Below are positions 1 to 9,770 of a stretch of 64,000 bases of DNA, piece by piece (position 1 is the stretch's first letter; each line of letters begins with the position of its first letter). Both the position numbers and the translations under genes were made by a program. Source of the DNA: a virus; the IMG/VR virus record IMGVR_UViG_3300016469_000571, positions 1 to 64,000 of that record. One strand, given 5' to 3'. The notes beneath the pieces were generated by a model, which was not told the origin of the DNA, did not search any database, and worked only from the letters and a program-made list of their open reading frames with translations.

Positions 1-376
1 TGAATAGAGATATTAATAAGTAAATAGTTTATTTAATATTTCTAATCAGATAAGGATTTTAATAAGTTAAATTTTTTGTACTAACAATAAGTAAATGGTT
101 TAATGGTTTAATGGTTTAATATTTCTAATCAAATATAGATTTGGATTATATTAGTTTTTGGGGCGATAGAAATATTTTTTTTAAAGTTATAGATTTTAAT
201 TTAGATTAGAGAAATATCTTTTTAAATTAACGATAAGTAAATAGTTTAATAGATTACATTTCTAAATAGAGATTTAGATTAATTTTTGGGTGGGAAAAAT
301 ATTTTTTTAAAAAAGTAAAAAAATTATAAAAAATCTATCAATAATAAATGGTTTAAAACCCTTTTCTTAAAAACTG
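1..376. repeat. AT-rich non-coding region with dispersed TAAGTAAAT(A/G)GTTTA repeats and a 3x AATGGTTT tandem
   Basis: Motif copies at about 17, 88 and 234, with a partial copy at about 345; (AATGGTTT)3 at about 94-117; no ORF. Confidence 0.6.
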
Positions 377-386
377 TTAATTTCCC

Positions 387-1181
387 TTATTTTTTAGTAA
401 TTTGAGAATTGAAGAGTTTAGGTTCATGTTTAAATATTTTGGGAGTGGTAGAGAATTGGTTATTGGGGTCTTTAGATTTGAAGGGGATGAAGTTTCTTTG
501 GTATCCATCCATTTGTAGGATGGGATCTGTATTAAGATCTGGAGGGTTAGAATTTTTGATAGGATAAAAAATATTAGAGACGAACAAATCAAAACCTAGA
601 TCGATAACTTTTAATTGGTCATTGATGATACCATAATTATTGGTATTAGATTCTACGAAGAAGTCATGGATAGAATCTGGGAAAGAGTTAAACAAGAAAG
701 AGTAGAACTCGATAAATTTTGGATTATCAAAAAGATGTGGTATTTTATTTTTTAGAGTAAGAAAGTCATTAAAGGAAGAGATACGATAGAAGTTTTGGAG
801 ATGGAATAATTTTTTAAAAGAGTTAGGGGGAGCATTGAAGTAATTATCGAGGACGGAGGTATTTTTGACAGGGAGGATAAATTCGACTTCGATCCAAGAT
901 GAGTCGGGAGATTTATCAAAAGCTTTTGGTAAGAATTTGGAATTAAATTTAAGTAAATTATCAAACTCGATTTTATTTTGAGCGAGACCTGGATTATTGA
1001 GAGCGAGTTTAATAACTTTAGAAGAATTGATTAAGAAAGTGACTCTAGACGTTCCGGTACCAATTTTGATAAAATGTTGATTGAGATAATTTAATTTATC
1101 GGTATAATTAAGAGAGTTAAAAAGTTTTTTATTTAATTGTTTTTTGGCGAGTTTGGTTAAGAAAGAGAAAAACATTTGCAT
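387..1181 (-). CDS. Protein kinase-like fold protein
   Basis: IGTGTSRVTF glycine loop, VIKLA (VAIK-like Lys), QNKIE helix-C Glu, NNYG catalytic-loop remnant, VIDLGF (DFG-like). Confidence 0.6.
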   Translation of the reverse strand: MQMFFSFLTKLAKKQLNKKLFNSLNYTDKLNYLNQHFIKIGTGTSRVTFLINSSKVIKLALNNPGLAQNKIEFDNLLKFNSKFLPKAFDKSPDSSWIEVEFILPVKNTSVLDNYFNAPPNSFKKLFHLQNFYRISSFNDFLTLKNKIPHLFDNPKFIEFYSFLFNSFPDSIHDFFVESNTNNYGIINDQLKVIDLGFDLFVSNIFYPIKNSNPPDLNTDPILQMDGYQRNFIPFKSKDPNNQFSTTPKIFKHEPKLFNSQITKK

Positions 1182-1211
1182 AAAACAATAATTAAATATA
1201 GATGGAGAAAA

Positions 1212-3191
1212 ATGTTAAACAAGATTGCATTTAAATTAATGAGCAAATATTTAGTGGGATGGGTAGTTAGAGCGAGTGTAGTATTGCAGTATTTGCCTGA
1301 TTTACCTGATTTGCTTGATGATAAAAAGATGGATAAATACCGAGCATTACAAAAAGAGTTAGTGAGAATACCATTAGAGATTGAGAAGAAATATAAAAAA
1401 GGAACAAGTGGATATTTGGATAGATTAAAAGCTGCATATTTAGAATTTTTTACAAGAAATGGTTTTAAGATAGATAAGACTGTATTAGACAGCAATAATT
1501 TTGATGAATTAGTTTTGGGAAATTTTCCAAGTTTGAGTACATACATAGATAGTGTTATGAGAGAATTTGGATCATTATTTAGCAAGACAAAAAGAAGAGA
1601 AAAAAGAAAAGGCAAAGGGGTAGGTTTTAGTGGTATTAACGTAGAGAACATAAATATTTTAAAAGATAGTTATGGTAGATTTAGGGCGGACAAAGAGAAA
1701 TTAATTAAATTAACAAGTGAGATAAAGAGTAATTTAGAGAGAGAAGATAAATCAGGAGCGAAGGCTGCATTATTAAATGTACTGGGAGCTGTTGCGGTAT
1801 TAGGAAGATTGAATTTGAATGCGGAATCGATCAAAGATTTAGTGGACACATTATTGGCAGAATTTGTTGAGAGGTCATTGGTAACAGATCTTGAGGGGAA
1901 ATCTGGTGGGAAAGATTTTGCTGATGCATTGGAGAGAAATTTAGGAGGGATGTTAGGAACAAACGTAAATTTAATGAAAGAGTATGAATCATTATCAAAC
2001 TTAAAGAGAATGATGGAAGCGACGGAGGGAGGAGAAGTAAACATTGATGGTATGATAGATAGTCGAGTTGAGATGATAATAGAAGACTTGGTAAAAGAGA
2101 ACCAAGAGTTTTCAGATTTCATGGCATTTATGAATGCGACATTTGTGGTTGCGAAGAGAAAGATTAAAGAAGCGATAAATAGTGCGGACGTTGGATTTTT
2201 GGAAAACTTAGAAGACAAGCAAATATTAAAAGATGAGTTAGAAGAGATATTTGATGATAATTTAAAAGTGATAATGAGTGACAAGTCTCTTGATGGAAGT
2301 TTAACTGGATCATTATTAATAGATGGGGAGGAGATAGTACAATCTATAGGATATGATTTAGGAGTAAAGAAAGAGCAAGAGATTAGTAAAAAGCCAAAGC
2401 AATATGAGGATTTGTATAATAAAACTCCAGAAGAGAGACGAGAATATTTTAGAAAAAAGAAAGAAGATAGAATCTTATATCAAGACAAGCAAAGAAGTGA
2501 GATATTAGATCGTTACAGCAAGATAATAGAATCTGACTTACCAAAAGAGGAGTTAATAAACTTAGCGAGAGGTTTATTATTATTTGCAAATACGGATGGA
2601 GTTAGTGCTAGTGATAACTATGCATTTATAGTTTTCAAGTTATTTAATTCTATAAAAGAGGTAGCAAAGAACATATCAAATGAGATGCCACCAAAAGAAG
2701 AAGTAGAGAAGGTAGAAAAGATAAGAAAAAGCATAAATGCTTCATTGATTTTAATTTCTGGATTAAGATCTCAAGCCACAACAATTGAAGATTCAAAGAA
2801 ATTAAACAATGAGGTAAGAAAAGCGGTTAATGGTTCTGGTGGTTTAAAAGAGCATATGATGGAAGCGAAGAAAGTGATAGAAATTGTTTCTAGTGATGAA
2901 AGGCTTATTAAGAAGCAAAAAGAGAAAAGAGATTTAATAGATAAAAACAGAAAGCCAATACTTCAAGCTGAGTTGAATAAAATGTTAGAATTTGCACAAA
3001 GCGCTGAAGTTGCGGCAAAAGGTTTTACTGTTAAAGATTTTAAGACTGATCTTGCGAAGAGAAATAAGATTATTGAAATGTACATAATAGATTTCTTTAA
3101 AAAAGTTGTTGGATTAAGAATATCTCTTGCAGATTTTAGTTTTAATGAATTGGTAGATAAGTTTGTAGAATTTAAATTAAAAAATAATTAA
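1212..3191 (+). CDS. Large helical hypothetical protein (possible internal virion protein)
   Basis: ORF with GGAG Shine-Dalgarno before ATG 1212; K/E-rich and coiled-coil-like; no recognisable motif. Confidence 0.6.
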   Translation: MLNKIAFKLMSKYLVGWVVRASVVLQYLPDLPDLLDDKKMDKYRALQKELVRIPLEIEKKYKKGTSGYLDRLKAAYLEFFTRNGFKIDKTVLDSNNFDELVLGNFPSLSTYIDSVMREFGSLFSKTKRREKRKGKGVGFSGINVENINILKDSYGRFRADKEKLIKLTSEIKSNLEREDKSGAKAALLNVLGAVAVLGRLNLNAESIKDLVDTLLAEFVERSLVTDLEGKSGGKDFADALERNLGGMLGTNVNLMKEYESLSNLKRMMEATEGGEVNIDGMIDSRVEMIIEDLVKENQEFSDFMAFMNATFVVAKRKIKEAINSADVGFLENLEDKQILKDELEEIFDDNLKVIMSDKSLDGSLTGSLLIDGEEIVQSIGYDLGVKKEQEISKKPKQYEDLYNKTPEERREYFRKKKEDRILYQDKQRSEILDRYSKIIESDLPKEELINLARGLLLFANTDGVSASDNYAFIVFKLFNSIKEVAKNISNEMPPKEEVEKVEKIRKSINASLILISGLRSQATTIEDSKKLNNEVRKAVNGSGGLKEHMMEAKKVIEIVSSDERLIKKQKEKRDLIDKNRKPILQAELNKMLEFAQSAEVAAKGFTVKDFKTDLAKRNKIIEMYIIDFFKKVVGLRISLADFSFNELVDKFVEFKLKNN

Positions 3192-3634
3192 TAAAAAATT
3201 AAGTTTTCATTTAACTCTTTAACTTTATTAAATTCTACAAAGCAATTTAATGTTAATGTAGAATTTTTTTCTTTTATTATGGTAAAGTTCTCATCTTTTA
3301 AAGATGAGAATTTTTTATTATAGAGATAATAATCATAAATAATTTCATTAAGTTTTAAAGTATTTGATATTAGTTTAACATTAAATAATATTTTAAAGCA
3401 TCCATTTTCTGCACCATGGCAAGCCAGATAGATATTATCTATATTAAAACAAGTATTTAATAAATTAGATTCTGTATTAATTATGTAAGTATTTTTATAA
3501 GTTTTGTAAACAATTAAATCTTTTTGTATGTTAGCTTCTTTATTATTAATAAGAAGAATTGTTTTATTTTTGCAATATTTGCAAAAAGTTGAAGGATAAT
3601 CTATTTTTTGTTTTATATAGAAATTTAAGTTCAT
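3188..3634 (-). CDS. Paralog family protein (CxxC, C-terminal ENLIFY)
   Basis: CKYC plus a later Cys; one of four tandem paralogs joined by ATGA overlaps. Confidence 0.7.
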   Translation of the reverse strand: MNLNFYIKQKIDYPSTFCKYCKNKTILLINNKEANIQKDLIVYKTYKNTYIINTESNLLNTCFNIDNIYLACHGAENGCFKILFNVKLISNTLKLNEIIYDYYLYNKKFSSLKDENFTIIKEKNSTLTLNCFVEFNKVKELNENLIFY

Positions 3635-4068
3635 AGGAAAATTATATTTTCTTTTAATTTTTCCAAATCATATAGATGGACAAAAGGTAGTTCATATAAA
3701 AGGTTATAATAACCATTATTTGATTTAAAAATAATAGTTTTATTAATTGAAAAGACTGAAAAAAACAAAAATTCATTTATTTTAATTTCATATATATAAT
3801 CTTGAAATAGGTTATTATTTATACTACCTCTAATATTGGAGCAAGAGCATCTAATCTCTAGATAAGAGAAAGAATATTCTTTATTACAGCTTAATGAGTT
3901 ATTTTCCAAATCTACTGTAAAAAGATTATTTTTTTCATTTATTTTAATTTTTCTATCATAAGCAATATAATCTTTATGCAAAGATGCTATAAAAAATAAA
4001 GAATCATTACAAAACCTACAATGTATTTTATCATTTGATAAAAAGTTTATATATTTATTTAAATTCAT
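3631..4068 (-). CDS. Paralog family protein (CxxC...CxC, C-terminal KLKENIIFL)
   Basis: CRFC and CSC motifs; tail shared with neighbours. Confidence 0.7.
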   Translation of the reverse strand: MNLNKYINFLSNDKIHCRFCNDSLFFIASLHKDYIAYDRKIKINEKNNLFTVDLENNSLSCNKEYSFSYLEIRCSCSNIRGSINNNLFQDYIYEIKINEFLFFSVFSINKTIIFKSNNGYYNLLYELPFVHLYDLEKLKENIIFL

Positions 4069-4594
4069 AGAAATATTAAATTTTCCTTTAGTTTTTGGAT
4101 TTTATAAAAGTCTAACATTTGAGTTTGTATAAATTGGGAAGTTTTTTTATTATTTGCATTTTTAGAAATAAAGACGTGATTATCATTTGCATATATTTTA
4201 ATTTCAGAGTCTTGATTAAAAAATGTATGTTCGATTGAGTATATATTAAACATATTATCGAACATTTTGTATTTAAACTCAAAGCAATTGCAAGTCAAAT
4301 AAAGAAAAATTAATTTAATATTATTGATTATAAATTTATTGGTTTCTATATTTATTAAAATATCTTTATTTTTTGAAATAAAATATTTATCTTTAAAATA
4401 AAGCTTTTGGTTATAGCGAGGGTGAATAAATGAATAATCGTATTCATATGAAGATTTTTCATAAAATAACCAAATATTTATAATTTGATTGCAAAATTTG
4501 CAATTTAAATTTTCTGGATAATTTGAATGGCAATATAATTGTTCGATAAGTTTCATAGAAATATTAAATTTTCTTTTAGTTTTTGAATTTTATA
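4064..4594. repeat. 43-bp direct repeat at the 3' ends of two paralogs (4064-4106 and 4552-4594)
   Basis: ttcatagaaatattaaattttc(c/t)tttagtttttg(g/a)attttata; two mismatches. Confidence 0.8.
4065..4556 (-). CDS. Paralog family protein (CxxC...CxC, C-terminal KLKENLIFL)
   Basis: CKFC and CNC motifs; ends YKIQKLKENLIFL. Confidence 0.7.
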   Translation of the reverse strand: MKLIEQLYCHSNYPENLNCKFCNQIINIWLFYEKSSYEYDYSFIHPRYNQKLYFKDKYFISKNKDILINIETNKFIINNIKLIFLYLTCNCFEFKYKMFDNMFNIYSIEHTFFNQDSEIKIYANDNHVFISKNANNKKTSQFIQTQMLDFYKIQKLKENLIFL

Positions 4595-4999
4595 GGCGTC
4601 ACAAAAATCTAATTTTTTTTCAAATATTGAATCTAATTCTTGATATTTAATTAAATAAGTTGATTGATCATCATAGCTAGAAAACACTCCATATTCACCG
4701 AATGAAAAACTAACTGATTTAATATGAATTAAATCTTTATTATTTTCATAAATAAAACTGTAGCAATTGCAGTATATATTCAAAGAAATATGGTCGTTGT
4801 TTATGATGACTTTATTATTTTCAATATTTAATTGAAAAAAAGTATTTAATATATAGTTTTTATGAATGGTTAAAATATTACGAGAATAATTTTTAGAAGA
4901 TAATTTTGCATAATAATAAACATTACTGTTACAAAAAGAGCATTTTATGTTTTTATTTGGAAAATTGGTATGATATTTTAATTGTTCGATGACATTCAT
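4553..4999 (-). CDS. Paralog family protein (CxxC...CxC, C-terminal KLKENLIFL)
   Basis: CSFC and CNC motifs; ends YKIQKLKENLIFL. Confidence 0.7.
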   Translation of the reverse strand: MNVIEQLKYHTNFPNKNIKCSFCNSNVYYYAKLSSKNYSRNILTIHKNYILNTFFQLNIENNKVIINNDHISLNIYCNCYSFIYENNKDLIHIKSVSFSFGEYGVFSSYDDQSTYLIKYQELDSIFEKKLDFCDAYKIQKLKENLIFL

Positions 5000-6075
5000 T
5001 ATTTTGATAGGTTAGCTTTTATTGCTTGGTTAATATTTCCATTTAGGAAATCCTCTGCATTTGAGATTTTTAGATCAGATCTGTGATCATTGATCATTTT
5101 GTATGGAGAAAGGATATAAGATCGAATTTGGTGACCAAAGCTTGCATCTGACTTAGATGAGTTATAAGCTTCTAGAGCTTTGTTTCTTTTATCCATTTCG
5201 ATAGAGTAGAGTTTAGCCTTTAGTCTTTCAAAGGCTGCTTTTTTATTAGCGAGTTGATCTCGTTCAGATCTTGAAACGATTTGAATACCTGTTGGGATAT
5301 GTTTTAGACGAATACAAGAAGAGACTTTGTTAACATTCTGACCGCCAGAACCAGAGGCTCGAATTGCTTGAATTTCGCAATCTTTTTCATTGATAGTGAT
5401 TTCAATGGAGTCATCGACATCTGGGATAACTTCTACAGCTGCGAAGCTTGTATGTCTTGCAAAGTCGGCATCAAAAGGAGAATTTCTTACAAGACGATGA
5501 ACGCCATTTTCATTTTTAAGAAAGCCAAAAGCATTTGGTCCGGAGATTTTGACAGTGATATCATTTAGACCTACAGATGTTTCATGAATAGATTCAATAG
5601 AAAGGCTAAAGTTATTCTTTTTAGCCCACATTGAGTACATTCTAAAAAGCATAGAGGTCCAATCTTCGGATTCATTTCCTCCTGATCCTGCGGTAATTGT
5701 AAGAATTGCATCCATAGAATCTTCTTTCTCTTTTAGAAGAAGTTTTAGTTCAAACTCTTCTAGTTTATTTAGAAGTTCATTAGAGTCAGCTTTTACAATT
5801 TCGGCTAGTTCTGGATCTTGTGCTAGATCTATAGCTTCTTTTAGGTCTACAAACTTCTTGTTAAAAAAGTTAACAAATTCAATTTGTTCAGATAGTTTTG
5901 TTCTAGACTTTGTTAGATTTTTTGCTTTGGATGGATTATTCCAAATATTAGGGTTATTAAGTTCTCCATCAATTTCTTCGATGGAGCGGCTTAGTTCTTT
6001 AATAGATATTGATTTGTTAATAAAGTTAATTTTTTCTTCAATAGACTTATTTGTTTTAATAATATCTTCGTACAT
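4999..6075 (-). CDS. prfB: Peptide chain release factor 2
   Basis: GVHRLVRNSPF (RF2 SPF tripeptide), RHTSFA, SGSGGQNVNK (GGQ), FGHQIRSY; single open frame. Confidence 0.95.
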   Translation of the reverse strand: MYEDIIKTNKSIEEKINFINKSISIKELSRSIEEIDGELNNPNIWNNPSKAKNLTKSRTKLSEQIEFVNFFNKKFVDLKEAIDLAQDPELAEIVKADSNELLNKLEEFELKLLLKEKEDSMDAILTITAGSGGNESEDWTSMLFRMYSMWAKKNNFSLSIESIHETSVGLNDITVKISGPNAFGFLKNENGVHRLVRNSPFDADFARHTSFAAVEVIPDVDDSIEITINEKDCEIQAIRASGSGGQNVNKVSSCIRLKHIPTGIQIVSRSERDQLANKKAAFERLKAKLYSIEMDKRNKALEAYNSSKSDASFGHQIRSYILSPYKMINDHRSDLKISNAEDFLNGNINQAIKANLSK

Positions 6076-6117
6076 GGTAGTGCTCCTATAATCGTGTAAT
6101 ATTAAATTTGATGAGGT

Positions 6118-6699
6118 TTAGAAAAATAACAATATAGATTCAATTTTATTTTTTATTGATTCTATATTTGAATAATCAAAATTTATAACAGACTCTACTT
6201 TTACTTCTTTTTTTAATTCTAAAAAATTTTTATTTTCAAAAGTCAAATGAACTATTTTTGAATCATTGTATAAGTAATTATTTGTTACTAAAACAACGCT
6301 TGGTGTTTTTATATATTTAAAAGAGATTGATTCTAAAGATGGTTTTCCAAAATTTGTTGAGTTTCCTTGTTTGTCAGTAAACTTATATTTACCATACCTT
6401 ATAGTAAAGTCATAACTACAATTAAAGCATTTTCTTAAAAAATTTACTGATTTATAGTTTATATAAAAAGCAGATTTATTTGTTCTATTTATTTGAAACT
6501 CATCTGTATTTAAATCTATTCTTGCATAATTAAAATAAGTTGGGTCTGATTTAAAAATTAAATAATCACCTTGTTGATAAAAACCATGATTTATTTTAGT
6601 CAATGCAAGTTCGTAAGTTAATACCAATTCTGATTTGCAAAATATACAAATTTTATTTTGTTCTAAAATTTCTTTGGTTGAATCAATTTTTAATATCAC
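6118..6699 (-). CDS. Hypothetical protein, distant member of the CxxC / hydrophobic-tail family
   Basis: CIFC and CFNC motifs; ends KNKIESILLFF. Confidence 0.6.
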   Translation of the reverse strand: MILKIDSTKEILEQNKICIFCKSELVLTYELALTKINHGFYQQGDYLIFKSDPTYFNYARIDLNTDEFQINRTNKSAFYINYKSVNFLRKCFNCSYDFTIRYGKYKFTDKQGNSTNFGKPSLESISFKYIKTPSVVLVTNNYLYNDSKIVHLTFENKNFLELKKEVKVESVINFDYSNIESIKNKIESILLFF

Positions 6700-6728
6700 A
6701 AAATTATTTAATAATATGTGTTGTATAT

Positions 6729-7115
6729 ATGGCGTTCCATAGTAAATTTGATGAGCTTTATGAAAGAGCTTTAGAAATAAAAAACAGAAATAAAAGATTT
6801 ACAATTATTGTGAATGAAAATAATTTAAATAAATGTATTGATGGTTATCAATTTAACAATACAGATATATATGAAATATATGTTGGAGATTTTATTTTAA
6901 TAATAAAATACGGATCCATGAATTATGATTTGTATCATTTGGTAAATATTTTTAATGCAGTATCTAAGCAAAATTACAAAATGCTTAAAAAAATAAATAA
7001 TGAATACAAACTAATAAATGATTTTAATAATCAAAAGTTTGATACAAAAAAAGATTTTTATAAAAAATTAATTAAAGTATTGTATAAGTTTGAAGAATAT
7101 TGTTTGTATTTATAA
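6729..7115 (+). CDS. Hypothetical protein
   Basis: ORF fills the gap; ATG 6729 avoids overlap with the opposite-strand gene. Confidence 0.55.
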   Translation: MAFHSKFDELYERALEIKNRNKRFTIIVNENNLNKCIDGYQFNNTDIYEIYVGDFILIIKYGSMNYDLYHLVNIFNAVSKQNYKMLKKINNEYKLINDFNNQKFDTKKDFYKKLIKVLYKFEEYCLYL

Positions 7116-7883
7116 AGCTGATGGTGTTTGCTTTATGCTTGGTCCCAAAGAATTTAATTCTTTTTCAATTTTTGCTTTAATTTTTTGTAATTTATCTAAA
7201 TAAAGATTGTATACTTCCCCATTTAATGGAATTTTTTGTAATGTTTTTTCTAACTCTTTTACTTTTTGTTTTTTGGTAGCAGGTGGTTCTTTAGAACTTT
7301 CTAGATTTCTTAGCCTATATAAGAACTTATCTGCTTCGTCACTTAAACCAACAGTACCAGTCATCATTTCATCAGCTTTAGATGAATGATGTTTTTCCCA
7401 AACTCCTCTTACTGAAGAGTATCTAGAAACTTCTTTTAATTTATTAGCGCATTCATACATATCTGTTTTTAACTGAGATAATAAATTAGAAGATTCTTGA
7501 TCTAATCCGTAAAAATCGCCAAATTTAATTTCATTTACTGTTGATACTAATAATTTTTCAGCATTTGCCGCTTTTAAAGATGAAAGTTGACCAGAGCTAT
7601 AAACTTCATTTATTAATTCTTGAACAGATGTTATAGCTTTTGCCAAATCTGACATAGTATATCTTAAAACATCTTCATTTTTTAAAAGAGGATTTTTTTT
7701 TATAGAAGAATAAAAAGCCATGCTTTTGGACTGCACTCTATTTAAACAGTTTTTTAAAGATTCAATTAATGAATCTAAACCTTTGCGACTAACTGTTTGA
7801 TTGGACAATTCAGACTCATCTACTATTTGAGCCATTTTTTCAAACTTATTTAATTTATTTAGCAAATCACTAACTTTTATCAT
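7110..7883 (-). CDS. Hypothetical helical protein
   Basis: 257 aa with GGAG Shine-Dalgarno; KMAQ near the N-terminus. Confidence 0.65.
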   Translation of the reverse strand: MIKVSDLLNKLNKFEKMAQIVDESELSNQTVSRKGLDSLIESLKNCLNRVQSKSMAFYSSIKKNPLLKNEDVLRYTMSDLAKAITSVQELINEVYSSGQLSSLKAANAEKLLVSTVNEIKFGDFYGLDQESSNLLSQLKTDMYECANKLKEVSRYSSVRGVWEKHHSSKADEMMTGTVGLSDEADKFLYRLRNLESSKEPPATKKQKVKELEKTLQKIPLNGEVYNLYLDKLQKIKAKIEKELNSLGPSIKQTPSAL

Positions 7884-7904
7884 TTTTCTCCACTATAAAT
7901 ATAA

Positions 7905-8243
7905 TTATATTAATTTCCCATTTTCTAGAAATAATTTATGTATATACATTCTATCTACTTGAACAGTTAATCCTGTTGGACCAAAATTATTTTTTAATAT
8001 ATAAGCCAAACCAGCTTTTACATATAAAACAACATCTGCTAAATCTCTATTTGTAGATATTTCAAAATCGCTTACTAACACCAACAATCTTTTATTCAAT
8101 CCAAAATAACCATCTTGAGATGTATAATCATTAAATTCATTAAGTGAATATGTATTATCAATAAATAATTGTCTTTGAACAACAGATAATACTTGTTCAC
8201 TTATATTTGAGTTTACAAAAATTATTCCTGTAGGATAATTCAT
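7905..8243 (-). CDS. Hypothetical protein
   Basis: 112-aa ORF coupled to the upstream gene. Confidence 0.65.
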   Translation of the reverse strand: MNYPTGIIFVNSNISEQVLSVVQRQLFIDNTYSLNEFNDYTSQDGYFGLNKRLLVLVSDFEISTNRDLADVVLYVKAGLAYILKNNFGPTGLTVQVDRMYIHKLFLENGKLI

Positions 8244-8563
8244 TAAGCACTCTTTAATTCATTTGTAATTTTTACACAAGTTTCTAAATCAACTGGATTT
8301 TTTCTTATTTGTTTGTTATTAAAGAATTTATGTATCTCTTGTAAAACAACCATCATTGTATTTTTAAAAAATATTGGATTACTAGAATTTATTTTACTAA
8401 ATGAATTTAGAATAGGACTAATTAAAACTTGATAATTTTCTCCATGAAGTAAATACATATCTTTATTAGCTTCAATAGAATTTACTAAATCGCTTAGCAT
8501 TGCATAGCAATTTTGTAGTTTTTGACTTGTATTTAATTCTTGAGCTATTTTTTTAAAAATCAT
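8243..8563 (-). CDS. Hypothetical protein (N-terminal KIAQ)
   Basis: 106-aa ORF in operon-like run. Confidence 0.6.
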   Translation of the reverse strand: MIFKKIAQELNTSQKLQNCYAMLSDLVNSIEANKDMYLLHGENYQVLISPILNSFSKINSSNPIFFKNTMMVVLQEIHKFFNNKQIRKNPVDLETCVKITNELKSA

Positions 8564-8566
8564 AAA

Positions 8567-9148
8567 TTAATACAATTTATTTGATAAAATACTATCAATT
8601 GGATAATTGCTAAAATAAATAACTTGTTCTTTTGTTGGCAAAACAATTTTTGAATTTTTATTGTAATTATAATTTATATTTCTGTTTCTATAAAGCTCAT
8701 ATAAATTATCATAACCTAATAAAATAGGACTACATCTTTTAAAATCAGATTTGTATTTTATAAATGATCTAATTTTATCATCAACACAATAGCAATTATA
8801 CATGATAATTTTTTCATCAGAGTCTTCATCAATTCCATTAAAAATACAAATAGATTTGGTTATTTTTAATATATTATCAAAGCTCAAACCAGAATATAAA
8901 TCAATATTTAGTGGTCTTTTAATTGAGAAAAAAGTATTAAAAATAGTAGAGCCTTGTAATCTACGAATTTCTATTCCTCCACCAAACACATCTATCCATT
9001 TATTTTTAAATGAAAAATTATCAAATTCACTTTCTGGATACATATTACAAATAGTAAGAATATCAACAATAGAATTATCTTCTATAACGGTACCTACTAA
9101 TTTTCTCATTTGAGAATAAAATTCTGACTTATCCTTCTTCGATTTCAT
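8567..9148 (-). CDS. Hypothetical protein
   Basis: 193-aa ORF in operon-like run. Confidence 0.6.
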   Translation of the reverse strand: MKSKKDKSEFYSQMRKLVGTVIEDNSIVDILTICNMYPESEFDNFSFKNKWIDVFGGGIEIRRLQGSTIFNTFFSIKRPLNIDLYSGLSFDNILKITKSICIFNGIDEDSDEKIIMYNCYCVDDKIRSFIKYKSDFKRCSPILLGYDNLYELYRNRNINYNYNKNSKIVLPTKEQVIYFSNYPIDSILSNKLY

Positions 9149-9770
9149 TTAATAAATCTTCCATTTCTTTTTCTGAATAAGAATTAACATTATGTCCAAT
9201 TGTTTTTATATAAGGAAGAAAATTAAAACCAGACTCTTTTATTTTTCTAAATAATAAAAAAGTGTTCCTGCTATCCACAGTGGCTTGATGTGCTCCTTGA
9301 ATTACTTTTACTCCAAAATGAGAACATGCATCTCCTAACTTTAACCTACCTTTTGAAGGAATTTCTTGATTTTTTAAAATAGCTCTAGACAAATCCAATG
9401 TATCCAACCATAATGATGCTGGAAATGTTTTATTGCACTCATCAAACATTGAAAATAAAAATTTTCTATCAAAAGAAATATTATGACCTACGATGCATCT
9501 TGAAGATGGGTTTGTATTATCTTCATTTAAAAACTTTTCTATAATAGCACAAGCTTCTTTTTTATGCATTCCATTGTATAAATCATACTTTGTTTTATTT
9601 GTTATTCTTAAAGCATCCAATGATGCCGATTCGGGACGATCACATTTTACATTTTTATATAAATTTACTTTGTCTGCAAACCTTATAATTGAAAACTCAG
9701 TAATTTCATGAATTTTCGATGACAAACCTGTTGTTTCCGTATCCAAAACATAATATTTAATTTCATTCAT
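9129..9770 (-). CDS. DEDDh 3'-5' exonuclease (DnaQ/epsilon-like)
   Basis: LDTETTGL (ExoI), VGHNISFD (ExoII), AHQATVD (ExoIII). Confidence 0.9.
   Translation of the reverse strand: MNEIKYYVLDTETTGLSSKIHEITEFSIIRFADKVNLYKNVKCDRPESASLDALRITNKTKYDLYNGMHKKEACAIIEKFLNEDNTNPSSRCIVGHNISFDRKFLFSMFDECNKTFPASLWLDTLDLSRAILKNQEIPSKGRLKLGDACSHFGVKVIQGAHQATVDSRNTFLLFRKIKESGFNFLPYIKTIGHNVNSYSEKEMEDLLNEIEEG

Noticed and set aside
1-376. CRISPR array at the left end
   Set aside because: The repeats are short, degenerate and irregularly spaced; no cas genes are present.
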